A DNA stretch of 35,319 nucleotides from Octopus sinensis (GCF_006345805.1 NW_021828079.1:1-35319), one strand, 5' to 3'; positions 1 to 12,926 are shown, numbered from the stretch's first letter. Numbers and translations are program-made. Notes: generated by a model not told the origin, from the letters alone.

Positions 1-584
1 CAAAATATCTTCCATATATTTGTATTTCCAAGTGGTATTACGCACGAATCAAAATGGCGTCTTTGCATCTAGTCAAGCAATTCTATATTATTGTAGCTTA
101 GATAAATTTGATTATCTTTCTATTATTTAAAATGTAGCGTTGTTGAAACGGTCTTCAGATTGTACATTAATGGTTAAATATCGTAAAATGTAACGGAATT
201 ATTGTTGGCATTCTGTACCGCGAGAAATTCAACCCTTAATGTCCGTTTGACTTTATTGCTTACATCCAGTATGTCAATTAGATTCTAGTTGGATACTATT
301 ATTTTCTGGGCAGAATTTGTTTCCGTATCCCTATTTGAAGCATGCGTTTATCTTATTAGTATCTACGAATTATCGTGCAGCACAGAATTTTGTCAGTGAA
401 CAGGTCGCAGTCTCAAAGCGACGAAAATATTTCGACAAATTAAATTTAAATGTTGAAGTGAATGCAACAGATTTTGTGTGTTTATTAAATGGCTTATAAA
501 CACCTTCCACGCTGCAATTGTTTACTGTTTCTCTGTTGTGCGCAAAAGGCATTGCCTTATTCAATATAACTAAGATATGCTAAC

Positions 585-815
585 AGGCGGCGAGCTGGCA
601 GAAGCGTTAGCGCACCGGGCGAAATGTTTAGTGGTATTTCGTCTGCCGCTACGTTCTGAGTTCAAATTCCGCCGAGGTCAACTTTGCCTTTCATCTTTTC
701 GGGGTCGATTAAATAAGTACCAGTTACGCAGTGGGGTCGATATAATCGACTTAATCCCTTTGTCTGTCCTTGTTTGTCCCCTCTATGTTTAGCCCCCCGT
801 GGGCAGTAAAGAAAT
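585..815 (+). mobile_element. tRNA-derived SINE, family A (my label), full length
   Basis: Head AGGCGGCGAGCTGGCAGAA...GAGTTCAAATTCC with A/B-box-like motifs; near-identical copy at 13455-13685; 13 bp TSD ATATAACTAAGAT at 564-576 and 816-828. Confidence 0.9.
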
Positions 816-852
816 ATATAACTAAGATGTTCTGTGTTCACGACTTTTTTTT

Positions 853-1010
853 TTTTTAATCTTATAATTAAGATGGGACACAGCGTGCGTAACCATTTGC
901 AGAGCCTCCAAAAGTCTTGGGAAGGAGAGGAGAATGTCTCTTCATACCGGAGATCTAACTTGAATGCTTGCAACAGGGAGGACTCTGCCAAAAACGCTCA
1001 TAGAACAGAT
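853..1010 (-). pseudogene. Possible decayed LINE ORF2 fragment (linker between endonuclease and RT)
   Basis: Minus-strand translation AESSLLQAFKLDLRYEETFSSPSQDFWRLCK loosely resembles the S-x-x-DFW-x-L-x-K segment of CR1/Jockey-like ORF2 proteins; judged by eye only. Confidence 0.3.
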
Positions 1011-1867
1011 GGTGCTGTTAAAATGGGCGATGTACTCAGTCTACTGCCTGAGGATTGATCAGATAATTGAGGTAATGGCTTAATGATCAACACATCATTC
1101 TTTCGGTTTTTTATGGCTACTACATCAATGATAGATATGATACCACACTTCTCTAATTAGAAAGCAATTGCACTCACTTTATCTATACAAAAAGAAACAA
1201 AAATTCAATTCCACCCACAACTAAAACATCTATCAGCTTATATATGTTTTCCAATAAATTAATTACTGACAACGGAAACTATACCAGCTACCTCCAACAG
1301 CGGCAGCATTCCCTATTGTTCTATTACTCCTTCACGGCGGACTTACGAGCGAAGGAATGGATTTTAAAGCAGCCTTCAATCATGCCAATATAAGATTAAT
1401 TTCTTTCCAAGTTACTCGCCCGAGATTTGATTTAACCTTCGCTTCGTAGATAATTGCTTTCATTAATCACATTTCATTTAGGAGCCAAGACTCTCAAAAT
1501 TTATACATTATCAGGTTACCCACATTTTTCGATTTTCATACACACGTCACTGACTTTAATGTTGCTTGAATTAAACAATGAACGACCGGAAAGTGTTTTA
1601 TAAGTAGCTTTAATAGATTTTTACCTCTGTTTGATACACATAAGACTTTCATTAAACTTTCCGCACGACTAATTTCTTGCAGTCTCCAGGTCCGATGTTA
1701 CGCAGAGGGAAGCCAACAATGCTTACAATAGTTGGAACTGCTTTGTAAAAGCTAAAAACCCAGAACGGACTGCAAGGTATTTTGTCCATAGTTTACCGAT
1801 TCTTCAAATCTTCGATCCTTTAAATAGAAATAATGTTTTGTTTTTAGCATTAACGTAACGCAACGTA

Positions 1868-2052
1868 CTTTGGGAGAAAGTGGAACCGATTAAATCGATT
1901 TCAATACTTAACTAGTATTTTATTCTATTGATCCTTAGAAGGATGAAAGACCAAACTGTGTTCGGCATATTTGATACAAGAAAGTAAAGGAACCGTGATT
2001 AAATACCGCAAAACTTTTTGTGCGACGCTCTAACGATTTCTGCCAATCCACA
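1868..2052 (-). mobile_element. Degenerate family A SINE
   Basis: Diverged reverse complement of family A (GAAGGATGAAAG...AAATACCGCAAAAC...CTAACGATTTCTGCCAATC). Confidence 0.65.
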
Positions 2053-2199
2053 GTCTTATTTCGGAGAGAAATGTGAATATCAAACGTTGTAGAATGAAGA
2101 AAGAATGGAATAACAAATTGATAACAAGATAAAAGAATCGAACAAGCAATTATTAATACATATAGAAGCAGACAGACAGACGTGGTTCTTCCTTCCTTT

Positions 2200-2355
2200 C
2201 ACCTTCTCTCTCTCTCCATACGTGCACACACATTCGTGTATATATACACGCTTACACACACACACACACGTACATACAAGCAAACATACATATGCATACG
2301 TATATGTATATATGCTTATATGTACGCGTTTGTATGAGTGTGCGTCTATGTGTTT

Positions 2356-2386
<31 letters not shown>

Positions 2387-2400
2387 CTGCTTTTCTCCCT
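2200..2400. repeat. (CA)n/(TA)n/(TG)n compound microsatellite
   Basis: Direct reading. Confidence 0.9.
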
Positions 2401-2554
2401 CACTCCCAGGCAAATGATTATTTCTGCCTTTTAATATCGAATCAGAATTATTTGAAAGTTTCTACTATTTTGATTTAAGACTCCGTAAAGACATTGCACA
2501 GACTTAGACTTAATACAAATGGCGACTCCATTCAAGGGTGAAAATTCAACGAAC

Positions 2555-2568
2555 ATACTACTACTACA

Positions 2569-2630
<62 letters not shown>

Positions 2631-2664
2631 AAATATAATAATAATAATAATAAATAAATAAATA

Positions 2665-2725
<61 letters not shown>

Positions 2726-2745
2726 TGATAATAATAATAATAATA

Positions 2746-2844
<99 letters not shown>

Positions 2845-3107
2845 TCTGTCTGAAACTATCAAATGCGGAAAAACAGCAACAACAACAGCAACAATAATAA
2901 TAGGAATAATAATAATTAATATTGATTGCTTTATTTTTATTTGATTTTAATTAAACGAACAACAACAACAGCAACAACAAAATAACCAGAAGCGTAGCAA
3001 ACTACACAAGGTCAACATGAACGAGAACAACATTAAAAGCAACAACCACAAGAACAACAGCAGCATGAACAACAAAATAATAAAAAATAATAATAATAAT
3101 AATAATA

Positions 3108-3142
<35 letters not shown>

Positions 3143-3157
3143 AATAATAACAATAAC

Positions 3158-3189
<32 letters not shown>

Positions 3190-3223
3190 TAACAATAATA
3201 ATGATATAATAATAATAATAATG

Positions 3224-3257
<34 letters not shown>

Positions 3258-3270
3258 TAATAATGAGTTG
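2555..3270. repeat. (TAC)n, (AAT)n, (CAA)n, (GAT)n trinucleotide tracts
   Basis: Direct reading; these explain the poly-Y/L/S/N/I ORFs. Confidence 0.95.
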
Positions 3271-3672
3271 TTATTGTTGAAAAATCGATATTAAAAATGT
3301 AAGAACACGTATTTCTTTTGGTTTATAAATGTCACGTGGAATAATATTGTTGAAATGAAATAATTCGTTCAGGCGAAAGGCTAAATGCAGATTGGAAACG
3401 AGGCTGTGATTTTACATTTTGCTTTTGTTTAATTTCGACGAAGGATTAAAGTTTATATGGATTTATGGATTTTATTTATTCCCATACAAATCATACGATT
3501 TAACGCAGGCACGCGCGCACGCATGCACACACAAACTCACTCTCTCTTTCTCTCTTACATACACTCACACACATATACATATACATACATAGATATGTAT
3601 ATATAAACGTCTGATTGAAGGTATAGATGCATGTATAGACACAGACAGTTGATGTCCGAATAAAGCCAAGCA

Positions 3673-3673
<1 letters not shown>

Positions 3674-3723
<50 letters not shown>

Positions 3724-3764
3724 TTATATTATCTATCTATTGTCTCTGTCTGTTTGTCTGTCTG

Positions 3765-3815
<51 letters not shown>

Positions 3816-3956
3816 CTATCTATCTATCTATCTATCTATCTCTCTATCTATCTATCTGTCTGTCTATCTGTCGTCTATCTCTGTCTTCTCTGTCTTTCTG
3901 TCTGTCTGTCTGTCCTGTCTATCTATCACTATCTATCTATCTATTCTATCTATCTC

Positions 3957-3993
<37 letters not shown>

Positions 3994-4137
3994 AGACATA
4001 CACAATACACACACACACAATACACGCACACACGCACACACACATACACGACAGGATTGATTCTGTTTTCGGCTTCCAAATCCACTCAGTCGGCCCGGGG
4101 CTATTGTAGAAGTCCCGGGTGCAACGCAGAAGCAAAC

Positions 4138-4182
<45 letters not shown>

Positions 4183-4270
4183 ACGTGCGTGCGTATGTGT
4201 ACGTGTTTGTGAATATGGACATGTATACACGCACACAGACACACACGCAAACACGTGCACACACACGCAT
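3674..4270. repeat. (TATC)n/(TGTC)n followed by (CA)n/(TG)n tracts, with a decayed family B SINE scrap at ~4048-4138
   Basis: Direct reading; TCCACTCAGTCGGCCCGGGGCTATTGTAGAAG matches the family B head on the minus strand. Confidence 0.9.
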
Positions 4271-4405
4271 CAAAAGGTAAGTTCGATCCAGGGATCCAAG
4301 TGTTGAAAGTTAGTAAACTTCAATCAATCAGGCAGTCACTAACAGAGGACAAACACTGGACAATATACTATGAAATATATTTATCAACATCGTATACTAC
4401 ACAAT

Positions 4406-4778
4406 GTGGAGGCGCAATGGCCCAGTGGTTAGGGTAGCGGACTCGCGGTCGTAGGATCCCGGTTTCGATTCCCAGACCGGGCGTTGTGAGTGTTTATTGA
4501 GCGAAAACACCTAAAGCTCCACGAGGCTCCGGCAGGGGATGGTGGTGATCCCTGCTGAACTCTTTCACCACAACTTTCTCTCACTCTTACTTCCTGTTTC
4601 TGTTGTACCTGTATTTCAAAGGGCCAGCCTTGTCACTCTCTGTGTCACGCTGAATATCCTGAATAAGGGTACACGTGTCTGTGGAGTGCTCAGCCACTTA
4701 ATTTCACGAGCAAGCTGTTCCGTTGATCGGATCAACCGGAACCCTCGTCGTCGTAACCGACGGAGTGCTTCCAAAAAA
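4406..4778 (+). mobile_element. tRNA-derived SINE, family C (my label), full length
   Basis: Head GTGGAGGCGCAATGGCCCAGTGGTTAGG...GGTTTCGATTCCC; 12 bp TSD ATACTACACAAT at 4394-4405 and 4779-4790; the same head recurs at 15472 and 32710. Confidence 0.9.
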
Positions 4779-4944
4779 ATACTACACAATTCTTCCAATA
4801 TCGAAGTTAAATAGAATTTTGATGAGCTTATTGTATTCATACAACCCACGGTTTAGTAACTAAATGCAAATAAAAATTTATAAACTAAGGAATAAAAATT
4901 TAAAAACTAAGGAGTGTGCCAGCTCGCCGCCTTATTGATCAAAG

Positions 4945-5143
4945 AATATTCTTTTCTATTCTAGGCACAAGGCCCGAAATATTTGGGGAGGGGCCAATCG
5001 ATTAGATTACTTAATCTATCGATCCCGAGAGGATGAAATGCAAAGTCGATCTCGGTGGCATTTGAACTCAGAAAGTAAAGACAGACGAAACACCGCTAAG
5101 TATTTCGCCCGGCATGCTAACGAATCTGTCAGTTCGCAGCCTT
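4945..5143 (-). mobile_element. Family A SINE, diverged
   Basis: Reverse complement of family A (GAGAGGATGAAATGCAAAGTCGATCTCGG...TTTCGCCCGGCATGCTAACG). Confidence 0.8.
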
Positions 5144-5409
5144 AGATAGAATAATATGAAAGCTGATAAGTTAGGAAAGAGATGTAGCGGGGGGAATAGG
5201 CGATTTAATAATATATTTGAATTAAAAACGAAAATGTGAGATATTAATCTATTCTCCAAGATATAAATTGTAGTTTAGTCGTCTTGGATTGTCTAATCGG
5301 GTAAATTTTTTGATTAGTTTCAAGTTTATTGTATTGTAGTGTACAAAATAAGAAAGTTTATATAGTGAGAGAAGCGAATGAGAGAGTATAGCAAATCGGG
5401 AATAGGAAT

Positions 5410-5749
5410 GCATACATACGCATATACATGCGTACATACATGCGTAATACATACTTTCATACGAACATACATGCATGACTACATACACACATACTTACGA
5501 ACATACATACATGCATACGTACATACATGCACATATACATACATACGAACGTACATACGTACATGCATGCAAGCATACACACATACTTACGAACATACAT
5601 ACATATATACATACGAATATTTATATGTATGTTTATATATATATATATATATATATGTATATTTATGTATATATATATTATGTATATATATATATTTATG
5701 TATATATATAATATATATATACACATATATATATGTATAAATATATATA

Positions 5750-5788
<39 letters not shown>

Positions 5789-5910
5789 TATATATATATT
5801 ATATATATATATAGATAGATAGATAGATAGATAGATAGAAAGATAGATATAGATATATATACATATATATATGCGTGCGTGTATGTGTGTGCGTGCGTGC
5901 GTGTGTGTGT
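5410..5910. repeat. (TACA)n/(TA)n/(GATA)n/(TG)n compound microsatellite
   Basis: Direct reading. Confidence 0.95.
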
Positions 5911-6236
5911 GAGTATGTATCTTTAAAATATCGAGTTGATTTAAAGAAAGTTGTAATATCGTTATGCATATTACTGAGTACAATCGAATTATACGGCAGG
6001 GATAATCTAATCGCGAGTGTGTTGGTTAAGAAGATAGCTTCTCTAACTCAGTGGATATTGGATTTAAAATTCAATAATGGGTACGTTTTGGTGCAAGTTT
6101 CGATTGAATGAACAAAGACAAGATGTGCCACTCTTGGAATTAATGATGTTATACAAAAGTGTAGAGAAACTAAAACCGAGTATAATTTATACTACAGTGA
6201 AGCCTTTGTGTGTCTGTACGTCCTTTTCTCTGTGTG

Positions 6237-6274
<38 letters not shown>

Positions 6275-6407
6275 TATTTGTGTGAGCGTGTGTATGTTTG
6301 CATGCATGAGTGTGTTTGTGCGGTGTATGTGTACTTGTGTGTGTATAGTTACATACATACATACATACCATACATACATACATATAATGTATATATATAT
6401 GTAGCAT

Positions 6408-6566
6408 AGGAGTGGCTGTGTGGTATGTAGCTTGCTTACGAACCACATGGTTCCAGGTTCAGTCCCACTGCGTGGCACCTTGGGCAAGTTTCTTCTACTA
6501 TAGCCTCGGGCCGACCAAAGCCTTGGTTGGTGGATTTGGGAGAGGGAAACTGAAAGAAGCCCGTCG

Positions 6567-6614
<48 letters not shown>

Positions 6615-6835
6615 GTGTCTGTGTATGTTTGTGTGTCTGTGTTTGTCCCGCGCAACACCCCTTGACAACCGATGCTGGTGTGTTTACGTCCCCGTAACTT
6701 AGCGGTTCGGCCAAAGTGACCCATAGAGTAAGTACTAGGCTTACAAAGAATAAGTCCTGGGGTCGATTTGCTCGACTAAAGGTGATGCTCCAGCATGGCA
6801 ACAGTCAAATGACTGAAACAAGTAAGAAGCGAGAG
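6408..6835 (+). mobile_element. tRNA-derived SINE, family B (my label), with central (TA)n(TG)n tract
   Basis: Head GGAGTGGCTGTGTGG...GGTTCAGTCCC and 3' end GACTGAAACAAGTAA; several near-identical copies in the window. Confidence 0.9.
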
Positions 6836-7528
6836 TATATATGAAAGTATATATATGCATGTGTGTATATGTATATATATGTATGTATGTATGTGTGTGT
6901 ATCTGCGTGTCTTTGTGTGTGTAATTATATATATGTATGTATGTGTGTTTGTGTGTTTGTGTATAGTAGCGTATGAGCTTTTAGTGTAAAAGACGAAAAG
7001 TTGAAGAATAATTGTATGCATACAAGAATGTTGTACAATATTATGTAAGTTATTTACAGCAAAGTTTATGAGTAGTCAAGGAAAAGGCATAAAATTCTTG
7101 AATTGAAAATCGGTTGTCTTCTTGCTATTATAGTTAAACAAAGGAGAAATAATAGGCCCTACAATTTGTCTGCTAGTTCTTTGGCATCCTTTGGAATTTT
7201 CATTAAACATTCCCAATACTTTTTATCATTATTTTGTAATTTCATATTTCTAAATAATTTTTTTTGATTGTTTTTTCTTTCACAGACCCTTTTGCCCCCA
7301 CTTTTGCTATCTTAGTTACAACTATTCTTCCATGGCAAAACATTTCATTCTCTCAGACTTGCCTACGCCTCTGTTAAAGCCTCCACATTTCTCTTGCATT
7401 CCTATTTCCCTCACCAAACATTTTTTTCATTACTTGTTTACGATCCTTTGTTCAACACCTTGGAATACTCCACTAAAACTCTCCTGGCGTTTTATTAGCG
7501 TACTTAATTCTTAAATACTTATTGCGTA

Positions 7529-7820
7529 AATGTTCCATTTGCACAAATATATACATGTTAACTAATATAGACGAGAGAAACGACTCGTACTACTAAAAAT
7601 ATCCTTTCAAAAACAAAAATACTCGAAAAATTATTATATCATGCCATAGATAAGGCAAAAGAAATCTCAATGGCTGTCTTACGCAGAAACCCTTCATAAT
7701 GATGGCGAAGACAAAAACAAAAACACAAATATTCCATTTGTAACCACCCATAATCCTAGAAACAGTGACACCTTACACTCAGTTAAACCAATGATTCTCA
7801 GCCAATTTCTAGCTATGAAT
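7529..7820 (+). pseudogene. Penelope-like retroelement relic (RT C-terminus/linker before GIY-YIG)
   Basis: Frameshifted translation NVPF...REKRLVLLKISFQKQKYSK / LLYHAIDKAKEIS / NIPFVTTHNPRN matches the pattern I know from Penelope-like ORFs (...KYP...I...KAK...IPFVTTxNP). Confidence 0.6.
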
Positions 7821-7859
7821 CCCTTAATAATAATATAATAATAATAATAATAATAACAA

Positions 7860-8430
7860 CATGCCCTGATGCAGAACTAGGCAGTGGCTCTCGTGGCTTC
7901 TGATCTTAACTGATTGGAAGTGTTATCATGTACATTGTTTTGTGTTGGTATAAAAGATGGGCTACAGCAAATATTCTGCTCAATACCACAGATTTGCCTG
8001 TCAGTTGTTTGACCGTAACCAGTGATCATGTCCCTTAGTGGCTGACGATATGTGCATCTGATCATGAGCAAAGTAGTGGGGGAGCATCATAGCCATCTGT
8101 TGAGAGGGATTCTTTGAGGTTTGAATAATTCACCTCTGGAAATATGGGTGTTTCGTTCAACATCCTTAAACAACCCTTATTCAGGGACCTTTTGAGCGGG
8201 ATGAGTTACTCGACCAGAAGAAAATTCTAACTGGGCCCTACATGTAAGGTCGTGTGCTGTTTATCTTGATATAAGATCACCATCTCGCGCACATTTGGTT
8301 GTGATGCATGTGACTAGTGTACCCTTATCAGACGGGTAGTCATGCTGGGTATACTGGGCTTCGTATATTTAACCCCAGTGTCACTTTGATGAATTGTACT
8401 CCTCTCTCAATCAATCAATCATAATAATAA
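7860..8430 (+). mobile_element. ~550 bp unclassified interspersed repeat embedded in (AAT)n
   Basis: Inverted second copy at 17204-17776 aligns along nearly its whole length; strand assignment is arbitrary. Confidence 0.85.
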
Positions 8431-8879
8431 TCTGTTCATTGAGCTGCAATGGCCGCGACGGATGTGCTGTAGAAATAACAACATTAACATTGCCTACCCA
8501 CCGCCATCTACTTACTACACATAATCTACACAGAAAAGTCATTTTTATCCACAACTACGAAACACTTGATGTCTTTCTTAATACTTCAAGAAATAACAAA
8601 TGTTTATGAAGAATTGTCATATTTATAGAATTTAAAATGGAATCTTTTCATAACAATTCTATATTTACCAACAAAGAACGATTAAATAGTATTTGATTGT
8701 TCTTGACTGGAGAGAAATAGAATTTAGCAGAAAAAAATACATTGGAATACAGGAAAAATTTTAAAATTTTGTATTTTACGATACAACCGGCCGTTTAATA
8801 AATGTCAGTACATGATGCTTAATATAGTACAGAGAGATAACAAAATGTTATACACAAAGATTGCTATACACAGACACGC

Positions 8880-9038
8880 GTACTCACACATACAGACATG
8901 CACCACAAATGTTTGAACTGTATTGACACATATGTATGAAACGTATAGATTTCTGTATATATGTATGCATATACATAGGCGTGTGTTTACAGATATATAC
9001 AAATATATACACACACATAAATGCATATCTGTCTATCG

Positions 9039-9118
<80 letters not shown>

Positions 9119-9377
9119 CCTCTCTCTATCTCTTCTGTCTGTCTGTCTGTCTCTATATATACATACAAATATCATATACATAAGTCTATGTTTATCATTA
9201 TGTGTATGAATGTATGTGTATATATATATCTATATATATATATATATATATATCTATATATATATAAATACATGTGTGTGTATGTGTGTTTGTATAGGTA
9301 TATGCGTATCGATATCAATTTACTTATCCATCTATAGGAAGTGGGAGTATTTATTGCTGTGTACATGTGTATGTGCG

Positions 9378-9426
<49 letters not shown>

Positions 9427-9444
9427 TTATATATATAAATATAA

Positions 9445-9475
<31 letters not shown>

Positions 9476-9570
9476 CGTATATATCATCATGTTTACATTA
9501 TGTACGTTTATGTATGTATACACACACACAGACACACGCATACACACACACACACACACACACATATAGA
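8880..9570. repeat. (TATC)n/(TA)n/(CA)n microsatellite block
   Basis: Direct reading. Confidence 0.95.
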
Positions 9571-9979
9571 TATGTTTGCGTTATTGAGTATGTAGGTGTT
9601 TGTGGTGGGGTGTATATTCATTTAAACCACACCATTATAGCCATAAATAACATAATAATATTGTAGAAAAAGTATTTGAAAGACAAGTGCCTTGAGAAAT
9701 ACAAGATTAATTATCTATTGATTTCCTTTGTTCCAGATAAATAATCTAAAAGCTATCTATACTAGAACTCCCTTGCAACATAAAAAAAATCTCATATAAC
9801 ATTAAGATATACAATATCTATATTTAAACTTTGTACAAATATAGAATAGTTGTATGACCAAGCATCGCAAATATCATTTAAAATGTACTGCCATTTTGAT
9901 TTCGATCTTTTCATAACGTTGGCATTCACTGTATACTTGCGCAGAGGACAATAAGATAGATAGACAGATAGAGAGAGAA

Positions 9980-10012
<33 letters not shown>

Positions 10013-10317
10013 AAGAAGAGAATGAGTGAGAGAGTGAGTGAAAGACAGAGAGAGAGATAGAGGGGAGAGGGAGGTGAGAAGCAGTTAAGCACAATAAGGA
10101 TTATGTTTAGTGAGCTTATATCGCTGACGGGCTTGCATTACAGAGAAAACAAATTAGGATTCTGAATATATCTATATTAATTTAAAGCAAGGTAATAATA
10201 TAAATGCCGACCCACCATATATCTATCTTTATAAGCAAAGGATCAGCAAGAGAAATACGTCATGACCATTTGACCTGACTGAAATGGCTGCCTGCTCTGC
10301 CACAAGCCGTCCATATA

Positions 10318-11006
10318 CGAGGTGGTATCAAAAAGTTCGCGGACGTGTTCTGTAGCGTGCTTAATGGATGGCATCACATGGTTGCGTGTACAGTGACCTT
10401 CATGAGGCACTGTGCCGAGTGACATCGCGGTGTTTACTTCGCAATTTGTGAAATGTATGCTTTTGTGATCACGTGTATGGTGTAATCTATGATTTTGTCG
10501 TGGGCAGGAACAAAGAGCCAACGTGAAACTTTGCGTTAAACTTAGGGAAGTCTGCTGCAGAGACATTGAGCATGCTGCTTCAGCAAGCTTACGACCCACG
10601 AGGCAATGGGGTGCACGCAATGTTTTGAGTGGCAGGGACCATTCAAAATTGGAAGAATTTCCCTGGAAGACGATGAGCGATTTAGGAGACCTGCTTCGAG
10701 CGTCACCCTCGGAAATGTGGTATTATGCATCAAGGATTCATCCCCCAGGGCCAGACCGGCAATCGAGAGATCTACTCGACGTTTGGAAGCGATTGAATAA
10801 GGATATTCGGATCTGTGGAGGGCGAAGTATTGGATTCTTCCCAACGACAATGCACTTTGTCACCGAGCTCTCTTTACCCGTGAGTTCCTCGCCAAAAACA
10901 TGGTATCACTTCCACACCTACCTGCCCTATTCGCCAGATTTAGCACCAGCTGACTTCCGTCTCTTCCCCAAGATGAAAAGGCAGCTCAAAGAAGGTCACC
11001 TCTTCG
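10318..11006 (+). mobile_element. mariner (Tc1/mariner) transposon relic with internally deleted transposase pseudogene
   Basis: TA then TIR-like CGAGGTGGTATCAAAAAGTTCGCGGAC; frameshifted motifs EQRANVKLCVKL, TQCFEW..FKIGRISLEDDER, GIMHQGFIPQGQT, WILPNDNA, PYSPDLAPADFRLFPKMK. No right TIR found. Confidence 0.9.
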
Positions 11007-11051
11007 TTGCCTTACAGTATTTGTATACTAGTTTCAAATTTTGGCACAATG

Positions 11052-11277
11052 CCAGCAATTTCAGAAGAGGGTTAAACCGATTGCATCAACCCCAGTACGC
11101 AAACGGAAAGGCAAAGTCGACCTGGCAGAATTCGAAATCACAGCGTAAAGGGACGAACGAAACACAGAAAAGCAAAGTCGACCTCGGCAGAATTCAAAAT
11201 CACAGCGTAAAGAAAGGGACAAAATGTCGCCAAGTATTTTCTCCGACGTGATAACGATTCTGCTTGCTCGCTGCCGT
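11052..11277 (-). mobile_element. Family A SINE with internal ~60 bp tandem duplication
   Basis: GCAAAGTCGACCT(C)GGCAGAATTC(G/A)AAATCACAGCGTAAAG occurs twice; the rest is the reverse complement of the family A head. Confidence 0.75.
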
Positions 11278-11619
11278 CCCATATTTATCTATATGAACGC
11301 TACCGAAAGTTTTCCTCGGGATGTTTTCCCTCTGACCATTGCGTTGATAGTTCTTACTGGCAAACACTCTCGAGAGATCCACCAGCTGCCGTCTCTCTCT
11401 TTTTAATAATGTTACAACGAATGCAGGACTCCAGCTGTTCAGTTCACTGTGTTAAGAAGTAGTTAAGCTGGAAAAACAGGAATGGTGTGGAACGCTGTTT
11501 ATATTTGTTTAATGTATAATGTTATGTTCGTTTGCAAGAATAAAACCGGAGAAACGGAGGGGTATTTTGCTTTGGTTCTTCACCCACAGAGACATAGTAT
11601 AGCTTATATACACACACCA

Positions 11620-11623
11620 CACG

Positions 11624-11662
<39 letters not shown>

Positions 11663-11741
11663 GCATACATGGATACATATATATATTATATAATATAATA
11701 TATATTTGTATGTATAATGTATAGTATATGTTATATGTATA

Positions 11742-11776
<35 letters not shown>

Positions 11777-11791
11777 GATATATATATATAT

Positions 11792-11830
<39 letters not shown>

Positions 11831-11851
11831 TATATATTATATATATATATT

Positions 11852-11883
<32 letters not shown>

Positions 11884-11994
11884 ATACACTGCGTATGTGT
11901 GTATGTGATGAAATTAGGTATGTACAATACATTCATACACACGTGTGTGTAGTCTCGTATTCTTACCTACATACATAATCACACTCACATACAG

Positions 11995-12039
<45 letters not shown>

Positions 12040-12040
12040 G
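11620..12040. repeat. (CA)n/(TA)n microsatellite block
   Basis: Direct reading. Confidence 0.9.
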
Positions 12041-12523
12041 TACACAGAATCTTGCCCTATACCATTGCTCAGTTGATTTGAGCAAAGCATTCGATATTCT
12101 TAGTCGAAATGCTCTGTGGATAATTCTAAAGAAAATAGGTTGCCCAGAGAAATTTGTAAACATGATCAGAGCTTTGCATCAAGATATGAAGGCTAGAATT
12201 AATTTTGGTGGTAGGCTTTCTGAATCTTTTGCCGTGGAAAATGGAGTAAAGCAAGGAGACTTTGATGCACCCACCATCTTTGCAATATACTTTGCTGTTG
12301 TGCTGTCACACGCTTTTCAAAACTCCGAGGAGGGTGCTTACATAGAATATCGAACAACAGGGAATATTTGCGATTTGATCAAACTGAAATTCAAAACAAA
12401 GGTTTTTACTTCACTCATTAGGTAACTCTTATACGCTGATGATTGCGATCTTGTCAGTCACTCTGAAACGGGCCTGTAGTCCCTTGTATCTGCATTAGAC
12501 ACAGCTTGTAATGATTTTGGCTT

Positions 12524-12926
12524 ACTCTTTACTCTTTTACTTGTTTCAGTCATTTGACTGCGGCCATGCTGGAGCACCGCCTTTAGTCGAGCAAATCGAC
12601 CCCGGGACTTATTCTTTCTAAGCCTAGTACTTATTCTATCGGTCTCTTTTGCCGAACCGCTAACTGACGGGGACGTAAACACACCAGCATCGGTTGTCAA
12701 GCAATGCTAGAGGGACAAACACAGACACACAAACATATACACACACATACATATATATACATATATACGACAGGCTTCTTTCAGTTTCCGTCTACCAAAT
12801 CCACTCACAAGGCTTTGGTCGGCCCGAGGCTATAGCAGAAGACACTTGCCCAAGGTGCCACGCAGTTGGACTGAACCCGGAACCATGTGGTTGGTTAGCA
12901 AGCTACTTACCACACAGCCACCTCCT
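12524..12926 (-). mobile_element. Family B SINE inserted in the LINE
   Basis: Full reverse-complement copy flanked by a 54 bp direct repeat (12470-12523 and 12927-12980). Confidence 0.92.

Noticed and set aside
834-1058. Plus-strand 74 aa ORF after a poly-T/AG as a possible terminal exon
   Set aside because: No recognisable domain or partner exons; the minus strand fits a decayed LINE at least as well.
2431-3280. ORFs with poly-Y, poly-L, poly-N and poly-S
   Set aside because: Pure translations of trinucleotide microsatellites; no splice or domain evidence.
4406-4480. SINE heads (families A, B, C, E) as tRNA genes
   Set aside because: They have A/B-box-like motifs but no complete cloverleaf, and continue into repeat bodies with TSDs.
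7090-7480. Purine-rich minus-strand stretch resembling an ancient LINE ORF2 (NNDKKYWECL, IISPLFN)
   Set aside because: Multiple stops and only vague motif similarity; cannot be supported by eye.
10523-11251. 242 aa ORF as an intact transposase gene
   Set aside because: It threads through shifting frames of a deleted mariner and then into a SINE; only the YSPDLAP segment is in the true frame.
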